Source: Candidatus Sulfomarinibacteraceae bacterium (lineage in GTDB: Bacteria; Acidobacteriota; Thermoanaerobaculia; Thermoanaerobaculales; Sulfomarinibacteraceae). Taken from it: 64,000 nucleotides of DNA. The position numbers were made by a program, and so were the translations under genes. A model generated the notes under the pieces. It did not search any database, was not told where the DNA came from, and saw only the letters and a list, made by a program, of their open reading frames with translations. Where the stretch lies: positions 1,184,001-1,248,000 of the forward strand of contig CAWCLO010000004.1 of assembly GCA_963796455.1 (NCBI GenBank), in the 5' to 3' direction. This document shows, piece by piece, positions 1 through 8,687 of this stretch. Position 1 is the stretch's first letter; every line of letters begins with the position of its first letter.

Positions 1-244
1 GTCCTTCCTCACCCTTGCCGATCTGTTCTGCCACGGCTCTGGTCATGGCCCGGCCGAACCCGAGATCGAGCACCCCGATCAGTGCGACCAGAGTCCACGC
101 GAGGGCGACGACACCGAATCGCTCCGGTCCAAGTGCCTGCAACAAAATGGGGACCGCGATCACTGCCGCCACAAGCGGCAGGCCGTAACCGATCAGGTTG
201 AGGAAGATGTTGCGCCGGAGACCGGCAATGGAGAGGCTTTGCAT
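1..244 (-). CDS. Wzx-type polysaccharide flippase, N-terminal part (runs off the window start)
   Basis: Manual translation from ATG 244: MQSLSIAGLRRNIFLNLIGYGLPLVAAVIAVPILLQALGPERFGVVALAWTLVALIGVLDLGFGRAMTRAVAE. The LGPERFG and DLGFGRA motifs are typical of flippases. Confidence 0.8.
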   Translation of the reverse strand, partial: MQSLSIAGLRRNIFLNLIGYGLPLVAAVIAVPILLQALGPERFGVVALAWTLVALIGVLDLGFGRAMTRAVAEQIGKGEEG

Positions 245-283
245 CGGCGAGATTCTACCCGCAACCGGAAGCGCGCGATCCGG

Positions 284-970
284 TCACTCGATATGCTCGG
301 CCAGGGCGCTCAAAAGGTCCGGCCGAAGGATCGTCACGTGGTGCGGTGCCGCGGTCAGAATTCCATCCTCCTCGAGGCGGCGGAAGGTTCGCGAAAGGAC
401 CTCCGGTGCGGTGCCGCACTGGGCGGCTATCAGATTTCGAGGCTCGGCCAGCTCCACCGAATCACCGGGCGCGATCTCGCGTGCGCCCGCTCTCCCGAGC
501 ACATAGATCGCCAACCGTTCTTCGACCCGCCGTTGCGTCAGGAGCTCGAGCTTCGTGGCCAGCTTCCGGGTCCACAGGGAGATCGACCCGAGCATCGCGA
601 GACCGAGCTCTGGAGATATTCGCAACAGATCGAGCAGTGCCGCCTGCGGAAGACACCACAACCGGCTCGCCTCCATGGCCTCGGCAGTGGCCGGATAGGT
701 CCCAGCCGCAAAGAGCGCCGCCTCGGCAAAGGTCTGGCCGGGATGCACGAGGTGCAGCAGGAGCTCTTTCCCCTGCGGCGAATACCGAACCAACTTGAGC
801 CGGCCGTCAACCACGGCAAAGAGAGCCTCTGCCGGCTGGTCCTCGTGGAACAGGATTTCGCCACGCTCGATGGTGCGTTCGTGGCCGGCGCTCAAGACCT
901 TGGTCCGCTGCTCCACCGTCAGCTGCCGCAACAGCGGCAATTGGTCGAGCGATTCTGTGCTTTTCGTCAT
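284..970 (-). CDS. Crp/Fnr family transcriptional regulator (Dnr/HcpR-like, no N-terminal Cys cluster)
   Basis: cNMP-like domain (GEILFHED, GQTFAEAALF, YPATAEA) and C-terminal HTH (IAAQCGTAPEVLSRTFRRL). Confidence 0.92.
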   Translation of the reverse strand: MTKSTESLDQLPLLRQLTVEQRTKVLSAGHERTIERGEILFHEDQPAEALFAVVDGRLKLVRYSPQGKELLLHLVHPGQTFAEAALFAAGTYPATAEAMEASRLWCLPQAALLDLLRISPELGLAMLGSISLWTRKLATKLELLTQRRVEERLAIYVLGRAGAREIAPGDSVELAEPRNLIAAQCGTAPEVLSRTFRRLEEDGILTAAPHHVTILRPDLLSALAEHIE

Positions 971-1118
971 CCGCAGATTCTATCCCGGCCGAGCCCCGGC
1001 TCGAAACTTTTGCTGGCAGGATCATCGAGGCAGCCGGCACAGGATCTTCAAGCCGAAGTCAGAGCCACACCCTGTCCCGAAGGGCAGCACCACGTGGGGC
1101 CGCCTTTTTTCACCCGGG

Positions 1119-2150
1119 TCAGTCGGACTCCTCCGTCATCGCCGTGCCGCCGACGTGGGTATAGAGCGGTGAGTTGAGTTCCTGGAGGCGCCGGTGAAAC
1201 TCCTCCTCGGTAACGCTTGTGTGCCAATGCCCCGCCGCCTGGAAACCGACGATGACGGCGAGATAAAGCCCCACCGCCACCATGGTCGCGGTCACCGGGC
1301 GGAGCCACATCGAACGACCGACCGGCTTCGGGGGTCGAACCGAAAGACATGATTCCACCGGACACGAGACGACACAATCCTGGCACGAAGTGCATTCGAT
1401 GGATCGGACCCGCTGCATGGTGTGGACCTGCAACCGCGCCGGGCAAACTGCTGTGCACGATTGACAATCCGTGCAGATTTCGGGATCGCGAGTCACCTTG
1501 AGAGGTGCGAGAAACCCGAGCAGACCAACCAGAGCGCCATATGGACAGAGGTAACGACACCACAAATCTCTGACAAAGACGGAACCGACCACCAACACTC
1601 CCAGAACCGCGATCGTCACCCGGCTCGGAGGTGCAAAAAAGAGCCACATTTTTGCGTCCACAACCTTGGCGTAGGGACTCGACAGAAAGGCCTCCACTGC
1701 GCGCGGATCCATCGCAAACCAGATCGCCCAGGCAAAGAAACCGAGCAGCAGAAACTTGAGGCCGCGCAGCGGAATATCAAGCCATTTCGGAGGCGTCAGC
1801 GTTCGTCCGACCAATCGGATCCCGAACCGGCCCAGCAGCTCCGACAGAAGGCCGACCGGGCAGATATGCGAACAGAAGGACTTGGCGACAATCAGCGACA
1901 TCAGGCAGATGCCGATGAAGATCGCGAGCCCCGCGGGGTGGATAGCGTCGACGGTGCCGGTGAGCAGAAGATGGCGGAGCCCGAGCATGGCGTCGATGGG
2001 CAGAAAGGCCTCGACTCCCGGCGGTCTCGAGACCGACGGCCAGCGGCCGGCCATGTGGGGCATGACCCACAGCGTGAACTGAATACCGATCACCACAACG
2101 ACGGCGGCCATGACCCACTGAATTACTCGACGGAGCTTCAAAATTTTCAC
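1119..2150 (-). CDS. Membrane 4Fe-4S polyferredoxin (NapH/MauN/YccM family)
   Basis: Two CxxxCP motifs (FCSHICP, WCRYLCP), two CxxCxxCxxxCP ferredoxin motifs and several TM helices. GTG start at 2150 is inferred. Confidence 0.88.
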   Translation of the reverse strand: MKILKLRRVIQWVMAAVVVVIGIQFTLWVMPHMAGRWPSVSRPPGVEAFLPIDAMLGLRHLLLTGTVDAIHPAGLAIFIGICLMSLIVAKSFCSHICPVGLLSELLGRFGIRLVGRTLTPPKWLDIPLRGLKFLLLGFFAWAIWFAMDPRAVEAFLSSPYAKVVDAKMWLFFAPPSRVTIAVLGVLVVGSVFVRDLWCRYLCPYGALVGLLGFLAPLKVTRDPEICTDCQSCTAVCPARLQVHTMQRVRSIECTSCQDCVVSCPVESCLSVRPPKPVGRSMWLRPVTATMVAVGLYLAVIVGFQAAGHWHTSVTEEEFHRRLQELNSPLYTHVGGTAMTEESD

Positions 2151-2184
2151 AGCCGAAGATTGTCTCAGATCTCTGGAGACCGCA

Positions 2185-2198
2185 TTGACCGGAGTCAA
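2185..2198. promoter_or_regulatory. Crp/Fnr-type binding site TTGAC-CGGA-GTCAA
   Basis: Perfect 5-4-5 palindrome resembling the FNR consensus TTGAT-N4-ATCAA, centred 41.5 bp upstream of GTG 2150. Confidence 0.75.
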
Positions 2199-2319
2199 AT
2201 CAAGTGTCACATCATTGTCATATCGGGAATCGCCGAATGGGCTGAAAGCAGGCGGCCGCGAGGATTCTTGTGTTGCGGACACCCTTGTCCAAGACAGCAT
2301 CTTGTGCAGCTTTCAGGGA

Positions 2320-2700
2320 CAGCGTCAGTGTTCCGCCAGCAGCGGCAGCGAACAGCGCTCACTTCTTCGGGGCTCCGGCCTTTGTGGTGCGGCCGTCTCG
2401 GCCGCACGGTGTGCAGGCGAGACGCCTACACCACAACGGCCGTTCCTTCCGTTGAACGACCCGGAGGTGGCTATTTCGCCGCCTGGACTCCTGACCGCTG
2501 CCGCTGAACACTGATCGCTGTTCTCTGTCGCTGTCCCTGTTTGCTGTTGCCTGTCGCTGACGCTGGACACTGTCGCTGCCACTGCAATTCGGGATCGGGA
2601 TCGGGTTCGTGCCAACCGCGAACCGGAAATGCCTATAACCAACCCGAAAACCCCGAGTGGTCAAGTGGGAAACTTCATGACGATCTGTTTTGGACAACGT
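2320..2700. repeat. Composite intergenic repeat: GTGG-type REP-like doublet plus shared modules
   Basis: GTGGTGCGGCCGTCTCGGCCGCAC (2384-2407) and GTGCAGGCGAGACGCCTACACCAC (2411-2434). About 2350-2510 recurs inverted at ~48243-48400, and ~2463-2695 resembles ~7596-7770. Confidence 0.85.
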
Positions 2701-2744
2701 TGTGTTCCGAGCGTCTCCCCCACACGTGCATCTGCCTGATGCGC

Positions 2745-3860
2745 TTAGATTCCCATAGCCTCGAATATCAACTGGGCGGCGTTTTCTCCCCGCTCCTCCA
2801 TATCGATCACCACCGCATCGGATGCTTCGAGGGCATCCAGCAACGATGGCACCAGGGACCGCCTCACCACAACGACGAGAGCTGCGAGATCATCGGTTTC
2901 GAGCGCCCGGCGAACGGCCGGCATGTGGCCTCCACCCCGCAGCTCGACCGGTCCGAGTTCATCCACGATCACCACGCCGCCGGGCCGGGCTCGCATCAGC
3001 GCCTTTTTGCCCAGGGCAAATCCTTCGTCCGAAAAGACGAAGCGGGTACCGAAATCTCCGCGGTCGCGATCTGCAAGGGTCGCAATCGGCGCGGTCTCAC
3101 CGGTTTCCAGATCACGCAGCGTGAAACCGACTTTCTTCTCCTCGCGCCATACCCCGAGTTGAGCGAAACCTGCGAAGGAGACCCCGTTCGCGCGAAACCT
3201 GCCGACGAGATCGGTCATCGCGGCGGTCTTGCCGCTATTGAAGGGCCCTGTGACCACTACCGTTCGGACCGGTCGCGTCGGTGCGAGGTCGGGCCGGGTC
3301 AGGGCCGAATGTCCCCGCAAGGACGCCGCCGCAGCGGCCTCGTCGGCGATACGCGCCGTATGGGCAAGGAGGACCTCTCCAAGCCCGGCGATGCGACGAG
3401 TTCGGTCGAGGACGCCCCGGCTGCGCATCGAGGCAGCGATCCACACTTCCGACGAAGCCTCGACGATTCTCGGCAGGCTGTTGAGGGCCAGACCGAGAAC
3501 CAGACCGAGCCGTTTGAGCCCTACCCGCTCGGCTACCACCAGGAGAGCATCTGCATCGATCCTCCGAACCAGCACCGCGGCGGCGGTTGTCAAGACCAGC
3601 AGACGCAGCAGGACCAAGGTGCCGTTTTCGATGCCCTTGCCGGCGCCCTCGGCCCACGAAACAACCGCCCCGGTGATGGCACCGGCAAAGACCATCGCGA
3701 GCACGATTCCCACACGCAGGGTCGACCGCACGGCCCGGCTGTCGAGCAGCAAACCAGAGGCCACGGCCACCGCCGCCGCAACCGCGGCGATGCGCAGATC
3801 GCCCGTCACGGCGACCACCACCACCGAGCCCGCAAGCACAAAGCCCGCTGCGATCTTCAC
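2745..3860 (-). CDS. ECF transporter T-component-like membrane domain fused to a THEP1/NTPase_1-like P-loop NTPase
   Basis: Hydrophobic N-half with LGLALNSLP...SMRSRG; C-half has VVTGPFNSGKT, GFAQLGVWREEKKVGF and VIVDELGPVEL. Confidence 0.75.
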   Translation of the reverse strand: MKIAAGFVLAGSVVVVAVTGDLRIAAVAAAVAVASGLLLDSRAVRSTLRVGIVLAMVFAGAITGAVVSWAEGAGKGIENGTLVLLRLLVLTTAAAVLVRRIDADALLVVAERVGLKRLGLVLGLALNSLPRIVEASSEVWIAASMRSRGVLDRTRRIAGLGEVLLAHTARIADEAAAAASLRGHSALTRPDLAPTRPVRTVVVTGPFNSGKTAAMTDLVGRFRANGVSFAGFAQLGVWREEKKVGFTLRDLETGETAPIATLADRDRGDFGTRFVFSDEGFALGKKALMRARPGGVVIVDELGPVELRGGGHMPAVRRALETDDLAALVVVVRRSLVPSLLDALEASDAVVIDMEERGENAAQLIFEAMGI

Positions 3861-4441
3861 GAGCGATCACCAAGGCGCTCGGTGACCCGTCCGGCAACCC
3901 ACCACGTCCACAGGCCTCCGAAAAATCCGACAACGGCGGCGAAGACGACCACGCCGCCGAAGACGAGCTCCGGCTGGAGATCTTTCAGACCCACTGCCTC
4001 CGCCGCCTCACGGAGCAGCTTGAAATAGGAGCGCACCGCGGTGGTCCCGGCCACCACCCACATCATGGCCAGCTTCTGTAGTGGGTTGGTTGCCAGAGTC
4101 AAAGCACCTCCGACGGCGGCGCCGATGGCTCGTCCTCCGGTGGCCGTCAACGCCACCTCGACAACCAGGGCCTGAATCGTTATCCCGATGATCGGTCCGG
4201 GGTAGATTCCGCCGAGGGTAAAGATCTTGAGAAAGATCGCCACGACCCCTGCCAGAAGACAGACACCGGGGCGCGGTTGCAGGCGACGCAGACAAACCAG
4301 ACACAAAAGCCCGGCGAGACCCATCATCGTTCCGCGCATCGGGATCTTTCCGAGGTAAAGCGCCGTTCCGAGCGTCGCTTCGAGGGCACCCCACAACCCG
4401 CCGAAGAGTGCGGCCGAGGTCCATGGGCGGGCATCCATCAT
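3857..4441 (-). CDS. Membrane protein, probable ECF S (substrate-binding) component
   Basis: 194 aa with about 5-6 TM helices (AALFGGLWGALEATLG). Lies between the ECF ATPase and T genes with overlapping stop/start codons. Confidence 0.65.
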   Translation of the reverse strand: MMDARPWTSAALFGGLWGALEATLGTALYLGKIPMRGTMMGLAGLLCLVCLRRLQPRPGVCLLAGVVAIFLKIFTLGGIYPGPIIGITIQALVVEVALTATGGRAIGAAVGGALTLATNPLQKLAMMWVVAGTTAVRSYFKLLREAAEAVGLKDLQPELVFGGVVVFAAVVGFFGGLWTWWVAGRVTERLGDRS

Positions 4442-5769
4442 GGCCCCACCTCCTCGAGCCGCCGTTCAACGATTCTCAGGTGACGGTGGGCCGCTCCCGC
4501 CAACTCGAGCCGGTGCGAGATGACCAGATAGGCCCTCCCCTTCTCGGCGCGCCGCTGGATCAGATCGACAAAGGATTCGAGATCCGCGGGGTCCAGCCCC
4601 TGCCCCGGTTCGTCGACGATCATCACATCCGGGCGCATCAGATCGAGCGCCGAATGCACAAGGCGCTGCTGTTCACCTCGTGACAGAGTCCACGGTGCGC
4701 GTGCTGCGAGATGATCCAGCCGATGGCGCCGAAGCACCCGCGCTGACTCTTCGTGAGAACGCCCGCGAGAGGAAACTTCGGAGGCGACTGTACGTTCGAA
4801 GAGCTGGAGTTGGGATGACGGCAACATGAGCGTGATGTCGCCAGAACATTCGATGCGACCATCCTCCGGTCGCCTGATACCGGCGAGAGTCTGAGCGAGC
4901 GTCGACTTCCCAGCGCCGTTCTGACCCGTGAGCAAGACGATCTCACCCGCTCGAAGCACAAGATCGATATCGTCGATCAGATCCCTTCCGCCCCGCCGCA
5001 CATTCAGACCTCGAGCGGCCAGAACCACCTCCTCACCGCAGGCGAACGGAGGGCTGAATCGCGGTTCGGATGGTTGATTGCAGGGCCCGATCGATCCATC
5101 AGCTATCTTCAACCAATCCCCGATCGAGGAGCCGAAGCGCCAACCGGCCTGCTCGTTGATCAGCAGCGAACCTTCGTTCCCGGCGATACGCCGCACCAGT
5201 TCTTGGAGCATCACGACGCCGTCCGAATCAAGGTGGGCCGTCGGTTCGTCGAGGACGACCGGACGCGGACATGCAGCCAATGCAACTGCCAGCGCGACCC
5301 GTTGACGTTGCCCCGACGAGAGCTCGGAAATCCTCCGATGCTCGAGACAATTCACGCCGAGCGCTTCATTTACGAATTCGGAAAAATCATCACCGCCGTA
5401 AAGAGAACGGGCAGCGGCAAGCTCCTGCTCGACCATCGGCAGAAAAAGCTGTGCGTCGGGCCGGTCCAGACAGGTCCCCATCAAGTGCGCGCGTTGGCCG
5501 GGATCGAGTTCGTCGAGAGGCTCACCCGAAAGCATGATGCGACCACTGACGGCAGCCGGGCGAAACCACGGAACGAGCCCTGCGATCGCGTGCAGCAGGG
5601 TTGTTTTTCCGGCACCTGAGCGTCCACAGATTCCAAGTACATCGCCACGGTCCAATTCGATTTCGAGCCGGTCGAGAACCGGCTTCGATTCTCCCGGCAA
5701 ACGGACCGTCAGACCCGAGATCGCGAGGGATCCCGAATCGCCGTTCACGCGGTGGGCATGGAATGACAC
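4438..5769 (-). CDS. ECF-type ABC ATPase with tandem A-A' domains
   Basis: Two Walker A motifs (GRSGAGKT, GQNGAGKS), signatures LSSGQRQR and LSRGEQQR, and the ECF-typical PDAQLF/QLFERTV Q-helix. Confidence 0.88.
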   Translation of the reverse strand: MSFHAHRVNGDSGSLAISGLTVRLPGESKPVLDRLEIELDRGDVLGICGRSGAGKTTLLHAIAGLVPWFRPAAVSGRIMLSGEPLDELDPGQRAHLMGTCLDRPDAQLFLPMVEQELAAARSLYGGDDFSEFVNEALGVNCLEHRRISELSSGQRQRVALAVALAACPRPVVLDEPTAHLDSDGVVMLQELVRRIAGNEGSLLINEQAGWRFGSSIGDWLKIADGSIGPCNQPSEPRFSPPFACGEEVVLAARGLNVRRGGRDLIDDIDLVLRAGEIVLLTGQNGAGKSTLAQTLAGIRRPEDGRIECSGDITLMLPSSQLQLFERTVASEVSSRGRSHEESARVLRRHRLDHLAARAPWTLSRGEQQRLVHSALDLMRPDVMIVDEPGQGLDPADLESFVDLIQRRAEKGRAYLVISHRLELAGAAHRHLRIVERRLEEVGP

Positions 5770-5831
5770 CCGACCTCAGTACCCCGGCCCATCAACGAAG
5801 TCAATCGGCAATCATCCGGAGGCGGATGAAT

Positions 5832-5849
5832 CCTTGACTCAGGTCAAGG
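5832..5849. promoter_or_regulatory. Crp/Fnr-type binding site CCTTGAC-TCAG-GTCAAGG
   Basis: Perfect 7-4-7 palindrome in the divergent intergenic region upstream of the octaheme cytochrome; same core as 2185-2198. Confidence 0.78.
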
Positions 5850-5929
5850 TAGGCGTGACACTTCGGGTGGAAAATCGACCCGTGAGTCACAGAACTGTCA
5901 TCCGCTTTTTTGATCGAAGGAGGACCCTG

Positions 5930-7159
5930 ATGAAGAGAATCGCGTTGTTCGGCGCCTTCGCGGCGATCGTCCTTTTGGCCGGCGCCACGCCGGTTGCTGC
6001 GGTCGAGTCCGACTGCGAAACCTGTCACAAACAACTGACACCGATGCTTGTCAAAGACTTCAACCGGGGGGTGATGTCGGAGACCATGGGATGTGCCGAC
6101 TGCCACGGGGATGCCCACACAGGCATGGACGACGCCGACCAGGCCAAGCTCCCTACCATCGCCACCTGCCAGGCCTGCCATGAAGACCAGGCCGAACAAT
6201 ATCTTGCCGGTAAGCACGCCAAGGGTCTGCTGGCTGTCCAGGCGCTCCCCTTCTCCCACGGCCAACCCGACGCGTTTGTCGCCGGTCAGAAAGGCTGTGG
6301 GGGTTGTCACACCATGGGTCTCGCGACCGAGGAAGACCGGATGACGGAAGCGCGCCAGTACTACAAGTACGGGATGGACTGCCAGAATTGTCATACCCGC
6401 CACGCATTTTCGGTCGCTGAGGCGCGTGAACCAGAAGCCTGCCAGACCTGCCACCAGGGTTTTGACCACCCGCAGTGGGAAATGTGGTCCACCTCGAAGC
6501 ACGGCGTGGCCTACCTCCTGGATCGTGAGGCCCATCGCGGCCCCACCTGCCAGGACTGCCACATGGCCGGTGGTGACCATCGGGTTCGCACCCCGTGGGG
6601 CTTTCTCGGCGTCCGCCTTCCCGAGGCCGACGAGGAGTGGATGGGATACCGCGCCACGATCCTGATGGGTCTCGGCGTGCTCGATGCCGAGGGCCAGCCG
6701 ACGGCGCTGCTCGATGTCGTCGTCGCGGGCGATATCGCGAGGCTCGACACCGAGACCTTTGATGCGGAGCGCAAACGCATCACCGACACCTGCGGCAAAT
6801 GCCACACCAAGAGCTTCTGGCAAGCCAATATCGAATCGGCAGACAAGATGCTGAAAGAAGCAGACAAGATCTTCGCCGAAGCCATCAACATCGTCGCCTC
6901 GTTGCGACGCGACGGGATCATCGAAGTTGGCGAAGGCGAAGGCGTCTACCCACAGCTTCTCGCCTTCTACGATGTCGATACGTCGGTGGAGCAGCACCTG
7001 TATGACATGTTCATGGATTACCGGATGAAGACCTTCCAGGGCGCGTTCCACATCAATGCCGACTACACGACCTGGTACGGCTACGCCAAAATGAAGCAGG
7101 CCCTGTCCGAGATCAAAGAGCTCGACAAACAGATGCGGAAGGAAGCAGCGAGCAGCTGA
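5930..7159 (+). CDS. Secreted octaheme cytochrome c, hydroxylamine oxidoreductase (HAO)-like
   Basis: AAGGAGG RBS, signal peptide MKRIALF..., eight CxxCH motifs (CETCH, CADCH, CQACH, CGGCH, CQNCH, CQTCH, CQDCH, CGKCH), and HAO-like HTRHAFS, GFDHPQWEMWSTSKHG and FHINADY motifs. Confidence 0.9.
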   Translation: MKRIALFGAFAAIVLLAGATPVAAVESDCETCHKQLTPMLVKDFNRGVMSETMGCADCHGDAHTGMDDADQAKLPTIATCQACHEDQAEQYLAGKHAKGLLAVQALPFSHGQPDAFVAGQKGCGGCHTMGLATEEDRMTEARQYYKYGMDCQNCHTRHAFSVAEAREPEACQTCHQGFDHPQWEMWSTSKHGVAYLLDREAHRGPTCQDCHMAGGDHRVRTPWGFLGVRLPEADEEWMGYRATILMGLGVLDAEGQPTALLDVVVAGDIARLDTETFDAERKRITDTCGKCHTKSFWQANIESADKMLKEADKIFAEAINIVASLRRDGIIEVGEGEGVYPQLLAFYDVDTSVEQHLYDMFMDYRMKTFQGAFHINADYTTWYGYAKMKQALSEIKELDKQMRKEAASS

Positions 7160-7185
7160 AAACCCTTCGAAACATGATCGACTTC

Positions 7186-7215
7186 AAAGGCCCCCAAATG
7201 CGGGGGCCTTTTTTT
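7186..7215 (+). terminator. Rho-independent terminator
   Basis: AAAGGCCCCC-aaatgc-GGGGGCCTTT followed by a T-tract after the cytochrome stop. Confidence 0.85.
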
Positions 7216-7377
7216 GATTCTGGATCCTGGACCACTCTGTTCCATGACAGCGCCTCGGACAACAATCAGGGGCAGCAATTGGGAACAGCAGACCCTCGAT
7301 GGCGGAGAACACCCGTCATGGATCCTCGCTCTCCTGGTGACATCTAGCTGCGGAGACTCTTGAGCTGGTTGAATACG

Positions 7378-7805
7378 TTCAAGATGTCATCCTGAGCGGA
7401 GCCCCCACAGGGGCGTAGTCGAAGGATCTATGAGATGAAACGGAAAGAAAGCCGGCCGCAGATCCTTCGACTGCGCGCCGAAGGCGCTGCGCTCAGGATG
7501 ACATCGGGAGGCGACAATCCTATGGGTGCGGAATCGGTGCCGGGTTGCTCTCCCTTTCGCCCGTTCTCCCTCCGGATACCGGAACGGAGAGTGATGGAGG
7601 TGCCCAATTCGCCGACTGGACTCCTGACCGCTGCCGCTGAGCACTGTCGCTGCCGCTGCAATTCGGACACGGACGCGGACGTGGGGTAATCCCGAACGGG
7701 TTATGCCAAAAACCAACCCGTAAACCACATGATGTCGATCGGGCAACTCAACATGACGATTTGTCTCGGAATGCTGTGTTCCAGAATCCAGCATCCAGCA
7801 TCCAG
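7378..7805. repeat. Composite intergenic repeat: GATGTCATCCTGAGCG REPIN-like doublet plus modules and a (CAGCATC)n tract
   Basis: Inverted arms at 7383-7429 and 7460-7505, with further copies at 46572, 46880, 59891 and 60196. Region 7596-7770 resembles 2463-2695. Confidence 0.88.
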
Positions 7806-7869
7806 TATCGACCTTGGGCCGGGTCGCGTATCATGCCCCGAAGACAATTGGGCCTGATTGGAGACCCCG

Positions 7870-8667
7870 ATGCTCGACCTTCTTCTCGATCCCGGATTCT
7901 GGGCGGCACTTTTTTCAGTCACTCTGGTGCAGATCGCCCTCGGTGCCGACAATCTCATCATCATCACCATCCTCGCCGGCAAACTACCTCCCGCGGAACA
8001 AAAAAAAGCGGTTCGCTGGGGGCTGATCCTGGCAATGGCTTTCAGGCTCATTCTTCTCGGGATGGTGAGCTGGGTGCTCCGATTCGCCGGGGAGCCCTTC
8101 CGTCACTTCGACACCACCATCCTCGGAATCCATTTCCAGGGCGCCATCAGCATCAAAGCCCTCGTGCTGGTGGGCGGCGGATTGTTCCTGATCTGGTCCG
8201 GCGTCAAGGAGCTCCGGCACAAAATCAAGGGCGCCGAGCACGAGGTCGAGGGCGCCGCCAGTTTTGGCAAGGTCCTGACCACCATCGTCGGTCTCAACCT
8301 TCTGTTCTCGGTCGATTCGATTCTCACCGTGGTCGGGATGACCGACATCTACCTCGTGATGGCCGGTTCGGTGGTGATCTCGGTTGTGTTGATGTTGGTC
8401 TTTGCCGATCCTATCGCCAAGTTCATGCGGGAAAATCCGGACTTCGAGATCCTTGGGCTCTTTGTTCTGCTGTTGATCGGCTTCGTGCTCTTTCTCGAGG
8501 GTGGCCACGTCGCCCACATGACGGTTAACGGCAGCGAGTTCCCATATATCCCACAGTGGATCACGATCTTTATCCTGCTTCTGATGTTCTCGGTCGATTT
8601 CTACCAGAACTGGCTCGAGCGCAAACGCGAGAAGGCGCCCGTCGAACTGCGCCGACGGAAGAAATAG
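7870..8667 (+). CDS. TerC family membrane protein
   Basis: LVQIALGADNLIIITIL, LLFSVDSILTVVGM and FVLLLIGFVL are TerC motifs. Confidence 0.9.
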   Translation: MLDLLLDPGFWAALFSVTLVQIALGADNLIIITILAGKLPPAEQKKAVRWGLILAMAFRLILLGMVSWVLRFAGEPFRHFDTTILGIHFQGAISIKALVLVGGGLFLIWSGVKELRHKIKGAEHEVEGAASFGKVLTTIVGLNLLFSVDSILTVVGMTDIYLVMAGSVVISVVLMLVFADPIAKFMRENPDFEILGLFVLLLIGFVLFLEGGHVAHMTVNGSEFPYIPQWITIFILLLMFSVDFYQNWLERKREKAPVELRRRKK

Positions 8668-8687
8668 AACCAAAACGGAGGTCCGTG

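Noticed and set aside
5770..5929. Vitamin riboswitch upstream of the ECF operon
   Set aside because: No cobalamin, TPP or FMN consensus is visible in the short divergent intergenic region.
7700..7869. yybP-ykoY riboswitch upstream of TerC
   Set aside because: I could not recognise the conserved motifs, and the region is occupied by a repeat module.
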